Notes: generated by a model from the sequence alone, not told the origin. A stretch of 64,000 nucleotides of DNA from an uncultured Planctomycetota bacterium (GCA_963752285.1 CAVVXN010000001.1:800001-864000), one strand, 5' to 3'; shown: positions 11,681 to 21,852, numbered from the stretch's first letter. Translations and numbers: made by a program.

Positions 11681-12487
11681 ATGGAGGTGCGGATCCTGGG
11701 GTGCAGCGGCGGGATCGGGGCGTGGAGCCCCGCCCCGCCGGGACCGGATGCCGTGGCCCGCGGGCTCAGGCTCACGTCGTCCTACCTGCTCGACCACGAG
11801 ATCCTTCTCGACGCGGGGACGGGGGTGGGCGCGCTCACGCACGCCGAGATGCGGCGCGTCCGACACGTCTTCCTGACCCATTCGCACCTCGATCACGTCG
11901 GCTCGCTGCCGCTCCTCGTGGACACGATCTTCGAGGACCTGAAGACGCCCCTCGTGGTGCACGGCCTGCCCGTGACGATCCAGGCCTTGAAGGACCACGT
12001 CCTCAACTGGAAGATCTGGCCCGACTTCGCGGAGCTCCCGACGAAGGAGCGGCCGGTGATGGTCTACGAGCCCATGAGCCCCGGGGAGCAGGTCCGTGTC
12101 GGGGAGAAGACCCTCGAGATGGCGCCCGTGGTCCACGCCGTTCCCGCGGTGGCGTACGTGGTGACCGAGGGCGAGCGCCGGTTCTGTTACACGGGCGACA
12201 CGTCCACGAACGACTCGCTCTGGGCCTTCCTCGACGGCGCGCCGGGCCTCGACCTCCTTCTCGTCGAGTGCGGGTTCCCGAACGCCAACGAAGACCTCGC
12301 GCGTCTCGCGAAGCACTACTGCCCGCGCCTCCTGGCCCGGGACCTCGGGAAGCTCCGCCACCCCGCGCGGATCGCGATCACGCACCCGAAGCCCGGGGGC
12401 GAGGACGTCACGTGGCAGGAGTGCGTCGCGGCGATCCGCGGCCACGAGTTGATCCGCGTCGAGCAGGCGATGACGCTGTCGATCTGA
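11681..12487 (+). CDS. 3',5'-cyclic nucleotide phosphodiesterase, class II (metallo-beta-lactamase fold)
   Basis: ILGCSGGIG, LDAGTG, THSHLDHV, HVLNWKIWPDF, YTGDT, ECGFPN. Confidence 0.85.
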   Translation: MEVRILGCSGGIGAWSPAPPGPDAVARGLRLTSSYLLDHEILLDAGTGVGALTHAEMRRVRHVFLTHSHLDHVGSLPLLVDTIFEDLKTPLVVHGLPVTIQALKDHVLNWKIWPDFAELPTKERPVMVYEPMSPGEQVRVGEKTLEMAPVVHAVPAVAYVVTEGERRFCYTGDTSTNDSLWAFLDGAPGLDLLLVECGFPNANEDLARLAKHYCPRLLARDLGKLRHPARIAITHPKPGGEDVTWQECVAAIRGHELIRVEQAMTLSI

Positions 12488-12533
12488 TCGCGGCCCCGGC
12501 GGCCGCCCGCGGCCGAGGTGGGCCGCAAGGAGG

Positions 12534-12986
12534 TCAGATCGCGCGGCGGTACTTCGTGAGGAACCCCCAGGCGATGTCGCCGGGGGTCAGCATGCCGACC
12601 ACCCGCCCGTCGGCCACGACGGGGAGCTGCTTCACGCGGCGCGCGTTCATGAGCGCCCCCGCCTTCAGCACGTTCTCGCCGGGCGACACCGTGGCCACGC
12701 TCTTCGTCATCACCTGCTCGACGGGCAGCAGCGCGACCTCCTCGAACCGGTCCTCCATGCGTTGGGGGTTCGAGAGGTAGTCCTCGCGCTCCGCGAGGTC
12801 CTGTTGCGTCGGGAGGACGCGCCGGCGAATGTCGCTGAGCGTCACGACGCCGAGCAGGTGCTGGGCCTCGTCCACGACCGCGAGTCCGTTCACGTGGAGG
12901 CGGAGCATGGTGGCGAGCGCGTCGCCGATCCGCGTCGAGGGGGGGATCCCGACCATCCCGCTCGTCATCCAGTCGCCGACCTTCAT
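12534..12986 (-). CDS. CBS domain pair protein
   Basis: MKVGDWMT...LAVVDEAQHLLGVVTLSDI...VEQVMT...LPVVADGRVVGMLTPGDI; GGAGG upstream of ATG. Confidence 0.88.
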   Translation of the reverse strand: MKVGDWMTSGMVGIPPSTRIGDALATMLRLHVNGLAVVDEAQHLLGVVTLSDIRRRVLPTQQDLAEREDYLSNPQRMEDRFEEVALLPVEQVMTKSVATVSPGENVLKAGALMNARRVKQLPVVADGRVVGMLTPGDIAWGFLTKYRRAI

Positions 12987-13153
12987 CGCGTCCTCCCGGC
13001 GGGGCGGGCGCGCCCCGACGACAAGGTGCCGCGAGGTCGCGCGTCTGGCCACCTGGGGACCGACCGAAGGGGGACCGCGCGCCGCCCGTCCGGGGGCGGG
13101 CGGAGGAGCGGCGCGTCGCCTGGGCCTCGGCGACGCCGCCCGGCGCTCGGGGG

Positions 13154-15925
13154 CTATCCCTCGGGCACGTGCGTGAACGTGCCGTCCCCCGCCTTGGCGA
13201 GGCGCTCGAGGAACGGAAGGTCCACCCCGAGGTTCCCCATGGCGATCACGTGGAGCTCGACCTTCGCGAAGCGGTTCAGGCTCGCGAACCACGCGAGGAG
13301 CGTCTCGGACTGCGTGATCTCGCCGCGCGTCGGCGAGCCGTCGGTCAGGAAGTAGACGGTGTCCGGGATCGGGTCGAGGTCGGCCTCGATCGTCGGCTTG
13401 TCGAGGAGGCCCAGCGCGGCGAGGAGCGCGCCGTGGATGTTGGTCTCGCCGTCGGCCTGCTGGGCCTTCACCGCTCCGATCGCCGCCGAGACGTTGCCCG
13501 GCGTCGCGGGCATGAGCCGCTTCTTCCAGGGCCGCACGTCCGTCGAGAAGAAGACCAGGTTGAACCGGACCTGGGGATCGAGCTTCTGGAGGGCCTCGGT
13601 CAGGACCTGCTTGGCGAGGTCGAAGCGCGTCCCCGACTGGGGCAGGTTCCCCAGGCCCTTCGCCGCGACCTCCGGAATGTGGATCGTCGTCTTCATGGAC
13701 CCGCTCGTGTCGAGCACGAAGCCGACGCTGTGCGAGAAGATCCGCTGGCCGTAGTAGCCGGGATCGTCGGGACCCGGGGGCTCCGGCTTGCCGTACTCGT
13801 CGCCGAGCTCGGCGCGCTTCTCGGGCTGGGGGCCGAGGCCTCCGTGCTCCGCCTTCTGCGTGTCCCACCACTTGCGCCACGTCTCGGGGTTCTTCCCGAG
13901 GTCGTCGCGCGCGATCACCTTGAGGGCCGCGTAGAGCTCGCGGTAGAGGCGCCCGCCCTCCTTGTTGAACCTGTCGATCAGCGCGTCCAGCGCTTCCTCG
14001 GTGCCGATGCGTGCGAGCGCCCGGGCTGCGGTGACGCGGACCTGCCAGTCCCGGTGGGAGAGGTAGGGAATGATCGCGAGCGTCGCGGCGCGGTCGGGCC
14101 GGCCATACGAGGCCGCCGCGTCGGCGACGAGCATCCACGTCTTCGCCGTGTGTTCGGACTGGAGCGCGCGGAGCAGGGTCGGGTACGACTTGTCGTCGTG
14201 GATCTGCCCGAGGGCCCACGCCGCCTCGGCGCGGACGAGCCACTGCCGGTCGGAGAGGAGCGCCTCGAGGCGCTCCCGCGCCTCGGCGAGCTTCAGATGG
14301 CCGAGGACGTGGGCGACGCCCGCGCGGACCAGGGTGTTCGGGTCGTCGAGGGCCTCGGTGCGGAGGTACGCGAGAACGTCGGGGTTCTTGGTCTCCCCGA
14401 GGACGACCTGGATCGACTCGCGGACGAGGTCGGACGCGTGGTCGAGGCGCGAGATGACGACGCGCGCGGTCTTGACGTCGTCCACCTTGTCGAGCCCGCG
14501 CACGAGGCCGGCCAGCACGGCCGGGTCGTCGGTGTCGAGGATCCGCTTCCGCTCGCGGGCGCCGGGGGTGTCCTCGTCGTCGTTCTGGTCGGCGCGGATC
14601 TCGCCCATGGTCGGGCGCTTGCCCGAGAGCCGGTCCACCCAGCGCAGGTGGAAGTCGTTGGGCGTGATGCCGAGGCCCTGCTTGAAGGCGACCCCCTCTT
14701 CCTGGCCCTCGCGCAGGGCGGCGAGGACGGCGAGCCACCGGTCGCGGTCCTCGTGCAGCATCAGGTTCATCATCGACCACGTCCGTATGTGGTCGTCGTA
14801 CGTGAACTTGCCGAGAGAGTCGCGCTGGAAGAACGTCTCGATGGGGTCGAGCTTGCGGTGGGCGAGCGCGCGGGCCTTCTTCTCCCAGTCCTTCGGGCTT
14901 CCCGTGGGGGCCGTCGTCTCGTTCGAACAGAACGACGCGCAGTCCTGGTGCTCGGGGAGCAGCTTCTCGAGGAAGTGGGCCGCGCCGACGAAGGCCCAGA
15001 TCGGGCAGTACTTCTCGTTCGGTTGCACGCCGTGCCAGCACGAGAACAGGAGGTGTCCGATCATGTGGCGGCAGTACGCGTGGAGGTCCTCGTCGGTCCG
15101 CAGGTCCTGGAGGCTGCCTACGAACCCGTTTCCCGCGAATCCGCCCGAGATGCGATCGCTGCCGCCCCCGTAGAGCATGTTGGTCCGCGGGCTGCCGAGG
15201 TACGCGGCCGCGGCGGCCTCCTTCTCGGAGTTCCGCGCGAAGAGGAACACGGCCATCGGTGAGCCGAGGCTGACGTTGCCCTCGAAGTAGTGGTTGAAGT
15301 CGCGCCACGCCATCTCGCAGCGCTGCGCGTAGAGATGTGCGACCTCGTGCCCGCTGGCGAGGCGCGGCGCCCCGCCATCGGTCGGGATCTTGAGCTTCCG
15401 GTTGATGTCGGTGACCACGTAGAAGTGGGGCGACACGACGATCCACAAGTCGTTTCGATCATAGCGGTGCTCGATCGCGAGCTGCGTCTCGAGCATCTTC
15501 CGCGTCTTCTCGTCGTTCACGCCCAGGGCCTCGTCGCACTCCGACGCCTCGGGCTCCTTCCAGCACTGGCTGCACTTGAGTCCCCACGACCAGGCGTGGC
15601 GCTTCCAGAACGCCTCCTCCTTCTGGTTGCCCCAGCACGCGGCGCTCGCGCCCTTGGGGCGGTCGAGGTTCTTGCAGTTCGCGCCACCGCCCGCGCACCG
15701 GGCACAGACCTGGTCGATCGGCGGGCGGAGCGGGGAGCGGAGGTACGCCCAGCAGGCCCCGCCCCCGGCCTGGTCGCTCGGGCGCTCCATCTGGCCGGGG
15801 ACGTAGGGGTCCTCCGCGGCGGTCGGGAGGCCCCGCGCCGCGAGGACCGGGAGCAGGAGGACGAGGACGGCGGCGCAGCGGAGGAGGGGGCGGTGACGGC
15901 GCACGGACGGAGAGTCTACGCGCAC
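13154..15925 (-). CDS. Secreted protein: Cys-rich/peptidase-like N-terminus, HEAT repeats, VWA domain
   Basis: Signal-like hydrophobic stretch; HEAT repeats (LVRAEAAWALG, QVRVTAARALA); VWA MIDAS DTSGS, ETN, LTDG; start uncertain. Confidence 0.8.
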   Translation of the reverse strand: MRVDSPSVRRHRPLLRCAAVLVLLLPVLAARGLPTAAEDPYVPGQMERPSDQAGGGACWAYLRSPLRPPIDQVCARCAGGGANCKNLDRPKGASAACWGNQKEEAFWKRHAWSWGLKCSQCWKEPEASECDEALGVNDEKTRKMLETQLAIEHRYDRNDLWIVVSPHFYVVTDINRKLKIPTDGGAPRLASGHEVAHLYAQRCEMAWRDFNHYFEGNVSLGSPMAVFLFARNSEKEAAAAAYLGSPRTNMLYGGGSDRISGGFAGNGFVGSLQDLRTDEDLHAYCRHMIGHLLFSCWHGVQPNEKYCPIWAFVGAAHFLEKLLPEHQDCASFCSNETTAPTGSPKDWEKKARALAHRKLDPIETFFQRDSLGKFTYDDHIRTWSMMNLMLHEDRDRWLAVLAALREGQEEGVAFKQGLGITPNDFHLRWVDRLSGKRPTMGEIRADQNDDEDTPGARERKRILDTDDPAVLAGLVRGLDKVDDVKTARVVISRLDHASDLVRESIQVVLGETKNPDVLAYLRTEALDDPNTLVRAGVAHVLGHLKLAEARERLEALLSDRQWLVRAEAAWALGQIHDDKSYPTLLRALQSEHTAKTWMLVADAAASYGRPDRAATLAIIPYLSHRDWQVRVTAARALARIGTEEALDALIDRFNKEGGRLYRELYAALKVIARDDLGKNPETWRKWWDTQKAEHGGLGPQPEKRAELGDEYGKPEPPGPDDPGYYGQRIFSHSVGFVLDTSGSMKTTIHIPEVAAKGLGNLPQSGTRFDLAKQVLTEALQKLDPQVRFNLVFFSTDVRPWKKRLMPATPGNVSAAIGAVKAQQADGETNIHGALLAALGLLDKPTIEADLDPIPDTVYFLTDGSPTRGEITQSETLLAWFASLNRFAKVELHVIAMGNLGVDLPFLERLAKAGDGTFTHVPEG

Positions 15926-16395
15926 GCCCTCAGCGGCACGCGCACCCCGTTTCGCTCTCGCGGTGGCCCTTGGGCGGCGGAGACGAGCGGGGCGCAGGGC
16001 GATCGGCGGCGCGTGCGGGACGGGCCCGGCGCAGCGAACGCGCACCTGAGGCAACCGGCCGGGAAGAGGTGGGCGGCGGCAACTTTCTGGAGAAAAGGGG
16101 AAATGTGTGGAATGAGAAGGAAAGTTTTACGCTATCGAGCAACCGCCGGACCCACCGCCAGCAGGATAGAGGGGACCGGGCGGTGGACGCAAGAATCGGA
16201 GTGGGCACTCGGGTCTCGGCCCGCCTGGACCGGCCGGGTCGTTGGCCCCGTCGGCCCGCGGGCGTCGCGTGAAGATGTCGGTCCGGCACCGCGCGGTGCC
16301 ACGCCGACCCGGGTCGGAGAACCCGCGCGCGGCGGCGCTCGATCGTGTGGCGCGAGGGGCAGGACGCGGCCGGTGCGAGGCGACGCGACGCGGCG

Positions 16396-17271
16396 TCACG
16401 CGCGCGCGTCGGCGCGTTCGGCGAGGACGGCGTCGAGGTCCGCCGCCGAGCCCGCATAGAGGACGCCCCGCGGACCGCGCCGCGCACCGCGGGCGCCGGC
16501 GCCGCCCGCGACGAGCCGCACGCGCGACGGGAGCCTCTCGCGCAGATCGGCGAGCGCGCGGTCCGTTCTCACGCCGCCGCTGGCGAGGGACACACTGATG
16601 CCGACGACGGCGGCGTCGCTTTCGAGCGCGGTGTCGAGGATCTCGCCGGGCGGCGTCTCGACGCCGAGCACGACGGGTGTGGCGCCGGCCGCCGAAACCA
16701 GGAGCGCGGCCATCTGGAGGCCGAGCCCGTGGCGTTCACCAGGCAGCGTGGCGAGGAGGACCGTGGGGCCGCGCCGCGCCGGGGCGCGGCGGCGCAGTCC
16801 GCGGAGCACGTCTTCGGCGGCCTCGCTCGCGAGGTGCTCGTGGCGGATCGCGAGCGCGCCGTCGGCCCACATGCGTCCGACGTGATGGAGGAGCGGTGCG
16901 AGACGGTCGGTGACGAACGCGCGCGGGCCGAGGCGGCGGGCGTCGCCGAGCAGCAGGCGTCGGAGCGCGGTGCCGTCGCCGCTCGCGACGGGGCGGAGGA
17001 GTCGCGAGACGCCGGGGAGGGGCTCGCGCGAGCCCGGGCCGTCGCGGAGGAGCCGGTCGAGGGCGTCGTCGTCGAGCGGAATGACGACGGAAGGCCGGAT
17101 TCCCAGACTCAGCGCCTCGGCGACACGGCGCACGCGTCGAACGTCGGTCGCGGTGTAGCGCCGGTGGCCCGAGGGGAGCCGGGTCGCCTTCGGCCACCCG
17201 TAGCGCCTCTCCCAGGCGCGGAGCGTGTCGGGCGAGATGCCCGTGCGGTGGGCGACGGTTCCGATCGACAC
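16396..17271 (-). CDS. MerR-family regulator with B12-binding domain (CarH/LitR-like photoreceptor)
   Basis: SIGTVAHRTGISPDTLRAWERRYG MerR HTH, W-x9-EH (WADGALAIRHEH), GERHGLG cobalamin-binding motif; true start may lie further upstream. Confidence 0.85.
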   Translation of the reverse strand: MSIGTVAHRTGISPDTLRAWERRYGWPKATRLPSGHRRYTATDVRRVRRVAEALSLGIRPSVVIPLDDDALDRLLRDGPGSREPLPGVSRLLRPVASGDGTALRRLLLGDARRLGPRAFVTDRLAPLLHHVGRMWADGALAIRHEHLASEAAEDVLRGLRRRAPARRGPTVLLATLPGERHGLGLQMAALLVSAAGATPVVLGVETPPGEILDTALESDAAVVGISVSLASGGVRTDRALADLRERLPSRVRLVAGGAGARGARRGPRGVLYAGSAADLDAVLAERADARA

Positions 17272-17934
17272 GAGGTCACGCGCCCCACGGGCGTGGGGGC
17301 CCCACCTGTCGTGCGTCGTGCCGCTCGCTCGCGGCGTGGCGGTGCGGAGCGCGCGACGAGCCGTGTGCAGAGGGCGAGCGATGTTCGTGGAGCTGGCCGC
17401 CGATCGGGTCGCGGCGCTCGGGACCGGAGGTGTCGCGGTGGGCCCCGCAGTCCCGCCCGCACGCGCCGGCTGGAGGAGCGCCCGCGCCGGGGGGGAAGGA
17501 TGCGTCCCGTCCGGCCGGGGCCCGTCCTGGGCCGCGGGGTCTGCAAATCGGGGGGGCCTGCGGATCTGCGCCACGGCGTCCGACGATCTCCTTCGATGGC
17601 CCGTCGCCCCGTTCCCTCGCGCATCGTTCGGCCTCGGAGGACCCGGGACTTGTCCAGAATATCCTCCGGACGGCGATTCTCCCGCAGGCGCCCGCTCGGC
17701 CGGCCCCCGCGGGTGCGCCGACGCGCCCCCGTCCACCGCGATGGCAGCTCCGGCGCGCCCGGGGCACGCTCCGCGGCGGGATGCGTGCCCCGGGATCCAC
17801 GGCGCACTCCGTCGAACCGTCGCGCCACGGCGCCCCGTTCGCCGTCGTGACGGAGCCGGTCTGGAGGAGGTCCCCGCGCCCCGACGCTTCCGACCCGACG
17901 CCGCCCTCCGTACGCTGGCACGAACCCAATCATC

Positions 17935-18008
17935 GGGCCCGTAGCTCAATCGGTGAGAGCAGGGGACTCATAATCCCTTGGTTCCAGGTTCGAGTCCTGG
18001 CGGGCCCA
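17935..18008 (+). tRNA. tRNA with CAT anticodon, probably tRNA-Ile2 (lysidine type); CCA not encoded
   Basis: Cloverleaf: acceptor GGGCCCG/CGGGCCC, D arm GCTC/GAGC, anticodon arm GGGGA-CTCATAA-TCCCT, T arm CCAGG-TTCGAGT-CCTGG; GACTCATAATC context resembles Ile2 rather than Met. Confidence 0.93.
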
Positions 18009-18158
18009 CTCCCCTCCAAGGGCCATTTCTTCGCCTCTGGCGCCCATCACGATCCGTAATCCACCCCCGACCGAGAGCCCCCGTTCGCGCAAGGAGCGGC
18101 GAGGAAGTGCGAGGTCGTGGCACCCGTCCCCCAAAGTTTCCCCCAAAGTGGCTCTCCG
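17960..18158 (+). repeat. 199-bp direct repeat copy 1 (attL-like: tRNA 3' part plus 150 bp)
   Basis: Identical by eye to 30281-30479 (offset 12321). Confidence 0.93.
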
Positions 18159-18636
18159 TCGCGGGGCCCGCGCCATCAAGAGGTCCAGGCTAGGCGGGGT
18201 CTGGGAGCATCCGGAGGGTCAGATCGCCGGCGTGGCGACGGACGACCTCCAGCAGGCCGTTGCGGCAGCCCTCGGCTGCCCGCGCGAGGACATGTTCTTC
18301 GTGCAGCGTGACCCTCACGTACTGCGCTGATGGTGGGCCTTGAAGAGGACGCCGACGTGACGCGGGGCGGGACGGTGATCGGAGAGGCCAGGTACGGTGC
18401 GAACGAGGCACCTCCTGCCGACGAGGGGGAGCAGGTCCACACCGGGCCACCGACTCCAGGGCCGCACACGGTGCGAAACGTGGCGTACCCGGCCGCGGGG
18501 CTGCGCTGAGCCCCTGTGCGGGGCGCCACCGAGCGCCTGCGTTGCCATCCGCGGTAGGAGGCGCGTAGCATGCCGCAAGCACGTTGCGGACTGGCTCGGG
18601 GTGGAGCAGCCAGACCAGCCGCGCCGGGGAGCCAAC

Positions 18637-18801
18637 ATGCGTACAAGGGGAGCGATTCTCGGGGGGGCCACGCTTCTCGCGATCCTGGCGGCGGTGACCG
18701 CCAGCCGCGCGTGGGGCAGCGACGACGCGACCACGCCCGACCCGTCGGCACGAGTCGCAGACTGTGACCACGCCGGATCGACCGCTCTCACCCGAATGTA
18801 G
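18637..18801 (+). pseudogene. Possible remnant of a secreted protein (signal peptide only)
   Basis: MRTRGAILGGATLLAILAAVTASRAWG after GGAG, stops after 54 aa. Confidence 0.3.
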
Positions 18802-18827
18802 GATCCCCGACGGAGAGGCGCTCCCGC

Positions 18828-19076
18828 ATGGCGAACATCCTCGCGGTCCCGGGTCCGAACTCGAGGTATCGGACTCCAGGGGCCGCTCCCGCCGGGTTCT
18901 TCTCGGGCTTCTGGCACGGGCTGATCTGCCCGTTCACCTTCCTGATCAGCCTCTTTGCCCCAGGCGTCCGGATCTACGAGACGAACAACTCCGGTCTCTG
19001 GTACGATTTCGGGTTCTTCCTGGGGATTGCCGCCACGTTCGGCTCCGGCGGCAGGAACGCTGCGCAGCTCCGCTGA
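18828..19076 (+). CDS. Small conserved-looking membrane protein
   Basis: AGFFSGFWHGLICPFTFLISLF...IYETNNSGLWYDFGFFLG; GAGG RBS upstream. Confidence 0.75.
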   Translation: MANILAVPGPNSRYRTPGAAPAGFFSGFWHGLICPFTFLISLFAPGVRIYETNNSGLWYDFGFFLGIAATFGSGGRNAAQLR

Positions 19077-19080
19077 TCGC

Positions 19081-20091
19081 CTACCGGGTGGGGGGCTGAC
19101 GAGTCCGTAGCGACGCGACGAACCTGGGGTCAAGGTCCAGTGCCTCTATGTCCAGCCGCTCTCCCAACACCTCCTTCTTACGGCCTGGCGGGAGGCCCTG
19201 GAAGGCACGAATGCTCTCGTCAGATGCGAACAGGGCGAGTGTCTCCGGCTGTGACAAGATGCGCCTGTATAGCCATCTCGCTAGCTCATGCGCCTGATGC
19301 ACACGACGCAGTGCCAGCGCCTCCGTAGGCTCAAACAGGTGCGGGGCTGCCGCTTTGAGGTCATTCATGTGTTCCGTCGCACTTCGAAGATCGTAGATGT
19401 CCGCCAAAGTTGTATGCGAGACGTCTGCTAGCGCCTCCACGCGGCTCTTGAACTGTGACTTCGTCTTGCCCTGCTCTGGCACGACTAGCGCTTCGACGGC
19501 ACGCACGGACTGGTGAAGACGATCCTCAGTGTGTCTGGCCTCAAGAGCCCTCTTCAGTGCCCGCAGTCCGCGCCTGAATCGATCGAAGCTGTCGAGTTCG
19601 TCGTTCAAAGTCTGAATCCCGGCGGCGGCCAAGTCGGCTTCGCGGAGAACCGCGTCGTCGACCGTGAGCCATGGCGTTCCCTGGAACCAGTAAAACTCCT
19701 GGAGGCTGCTGGTCTTGCGGACCTGGACTACTCCCTCGTGGTGCGAACCGCCGATGCGGACGCCAGGTTGCTCCAGATTCATGGATCCCTGCAAGAGCAG
19801 GCCCAGGACGACGCAGGTGCACCTGCCCTCGAGTGTGGAGAACTCCTCGTCCACGATGCCCAGTTTGTCGGACGGCCTTTGAGCGAGGATGTAGAGACGG
19901 CACTTCCTGAACCGATCTGCGTACAGACTCCCCAGTGCCTTCCGCATGTGGGCGTCGAGCTCGACGGGGGGAGACGGGAGCGCTAGGGTCTGAGAGCCCA
20001 GACGGACAGGTGCGACGACATCGCTCGCCGCGCCAACAAGGCCGCAACACACGAATTTGTGACCGGGCAGTATCAGTTGGGGCTCAGTCAT
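19081..20091 (-). CDS. HEPN-motif protein (ApeA-like architecture, putative RNase)
   Basis: C-terminal helical region with AVEAL and IYDLRSATEH (R-x4-H); A/T-richer island gene. Confidence 0.6.
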   Translation of the reverse strand: MTEPQLILPGHKFVCCGLVGAASDVVAPVRLGSQTLALPSPPVELDAHMRKALGSLYADRFRKCRLYILAQRPSDKLGIVDEEFSTLEGRCTCVVLGLLLQGSMNLEQPGVRIGGSHHEGVVQVRKTSSLQEFYWFQGTPWLTVDDAVLREADLAAAGIQTLNDELDSFDRFRRGLRALKRALEARHTEDRLHQSVRAVEALVVPEQGKTKSQFKSRVEALADVSHTTLADIYDLRSATEHMNDLKAAAPHLFEPTEALALRRVHQAHELARWLYRRILSQPETLALFASDESIRAFQGLPPGRKKEVLGERLDIEALDLDPRFVASLRTRQPPTR

Positions 20092-20215
20092 GGCGCCATC
20101 TTGCGCGCACCCACGCTGCCAGGCGAGGCTCTTCCCTTCGCTCCCTCATCAGTGACGGCAGCGCCACTGGGCGGAGGCCCGAACGTCATGGGGGCGACAG
20201 TGCTCAGTGGTCGCC

Positions 20216-20720
20216 CTACCCTCCAACAGACTCGCGTCGCTCGCTGTTTGCCGCCGGCGCGGGACCCGAACCTGCCCCCACATCGATCCTCCCGACGGCC
20301 TCCCGCGCATCGTCCATCTGGAGCCTTACGTACACGTTCGCCGTGAGCGTCGGCGTCGAGTGCCGCATGAGCTTCTGGGCCTGGGCGAGGGAGACGCCGG
20401 CGCGCGCGAGGAGGGTGCCGTAGGTCGTACGGAGGGCGTGGAGGTCGATCACCCCGGCCGGCGTCTGGACGGGGATCCTCGCCGCCCCGAGGTCCTTCCG
20501 GAGCGTCACCGTGTTCGGGACCGCCCGGAAGACCTTGGCGCTCGGGAGCTGCTGGTCGCCCCGGAGCGTGGCGAGCGCGGCCACGGTCCCGGGCGGGAGC
20601 GGGAGCACGGCCTCGCGGCGGTTCTTGGCCTGGGACGCCCGGACGCGGACCGTCGCCACCTCCAGGTCCACGTCGGCCCAGGTGAGCGAGGCGAGCTCGG
20701 AGCGCCGCAGCCCCGTCCCT
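20216..20720 (-). pseudogene. Tyrosine recombinase/integrase, catalytic C-terminal fragment
   Basis: TGLRRSEL (R), KNRR (K), HALR (HxxR), MRHS (H), NVY (Y); similarity stops abruptly upstream of TGLR and no N-terminal domains are present. Confidence 0.85.
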
Positions 20721-20793
20721 GGTCCCGCAGAGGAGCATTCCCGGTACTGGATCTCGCCCGTGCAGCAGTTCGGTGACCGAGTAGAAGCCGAGG

Positions 20794-21723
20794 TTGGTCT
20801 TCGAGCCCTTCGGCGGGCCATGGACGAAGTTCAGCGCATCGGCGGCGAAGCTTGCGATCCTCGCGCTGGTGGCGCTCCTGGGCCCGCGTCTCTCCTACGA
20901 ACGGGTCCGGATCTTCCTGCCGGGGCTGGGCCGGCGGGAGGCGAGATCGTGGCTCCGGCGCTCTCGGCGGGACTGGGCGCGGGCGCGGGAACGGGGGCAG
21001 GCGTTGCTCCGGTGGCTCGCTCCCGGGACGGTGTGGGCGATGGACTTCAGCGAGGCGCCCACTCCGATCGAGGGGCGGTACCGCTACCTGCTCAGCGTGC
21101 GGGACCTGGCGAGCGGGATGCAACTGGTGGCGCTGCCGTGCCACGACACGACCGAGGCCACGGCGACGGCCGCGCTCGAGGCGGCGTTCCTTGCGCACGG
21201 CGCGCCGCTCGTGCTCAAGACGGACAACGGCTCGGCGTTCATCGCCGGGGCGTTCCGGGCGCTGCTCCTTGCCTACGGGGTGACCGCCCTCTACTCCCCG
21301 CCACGCTGGCCTCGCTACAATGGGGCCTGCGAGGCCGGGATCGGCGGGCTCAAGACCCGGGCCCACCACCTCTCGGCGTGGGCCGGGCGGCCCGGCGAGT
21401 GGACCCTAGAGGACCTGGAGCGTGCTCGATGCTACGGCAACGAGTTCGGACGGCCGTTCGGGCGAAGTCGGCCCGTGCCGGCGGGGGTCTGGGCGACGCG
21501 GCGCCCCCCGACGCCGGAGGCGTCAGACGCCTTTCGCGAGGCGCTCGCCCGGCACCGGGAGGCGCTGGCCGCGGTACGACATCCCGAGTCGGGGCGTTCC
21601 CGGCTCGCGCTCGACGAGCGCACGGCGATCACGCGCGCGCTCACCGAGCTGGGCTACCTGGAGTTCAAGACGAGGCGCGTTTCTCTACCCATTTCCCCGC
21701 CTTTGGCGGCAGGGATTCTCTGA
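20794..21723 (+). mobile_element. DDE integrase-core (rve) transposase, IS3/IS481-like, probably 5'-truncated
   Basis: WAMDFS (D), LKTDNGSAF (D), PRYNGACEA (E); followed by ...GGACCACACA, a possible right end at about 21733. Confidence 0.8.
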
Positions 21724-21852
21724 GGACCACACAAGAACCTGGAGCCGTGGCCACGGGTCATGACGGCTCTATGGGGCGAGCAAATGCGGTTGGATGAAGT
21801 GCGGTTGCTGCAGCCATAGTGCGATGAGCGCCGCCGAGCTGTACTTGTCTGG

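Noticed and set aside
5184..11876. 2230-aa plus-strand ORF, and similar giant ORFs at 49435-54633 (-) and 55238-59005 (-)
   Set aside because: Antisense shadows of real high-GC genes; Arg/Ala/Pro-rich with no motifs
12534..15446. 970-aa ORF ending in CBS domains
   Set aside because: Only the last 150 aa are credible (own RBS and ATG at 12986); the rest is an off-frame overlap with the HEAT-VWA gene
17272..17934. Cobalamin riboswitch or CarH operator array upstream of the MerR-B12 gene
   Set aside because: No B12-box recognised; only isolated TnnACA matches, not tandem 11-bp repeats
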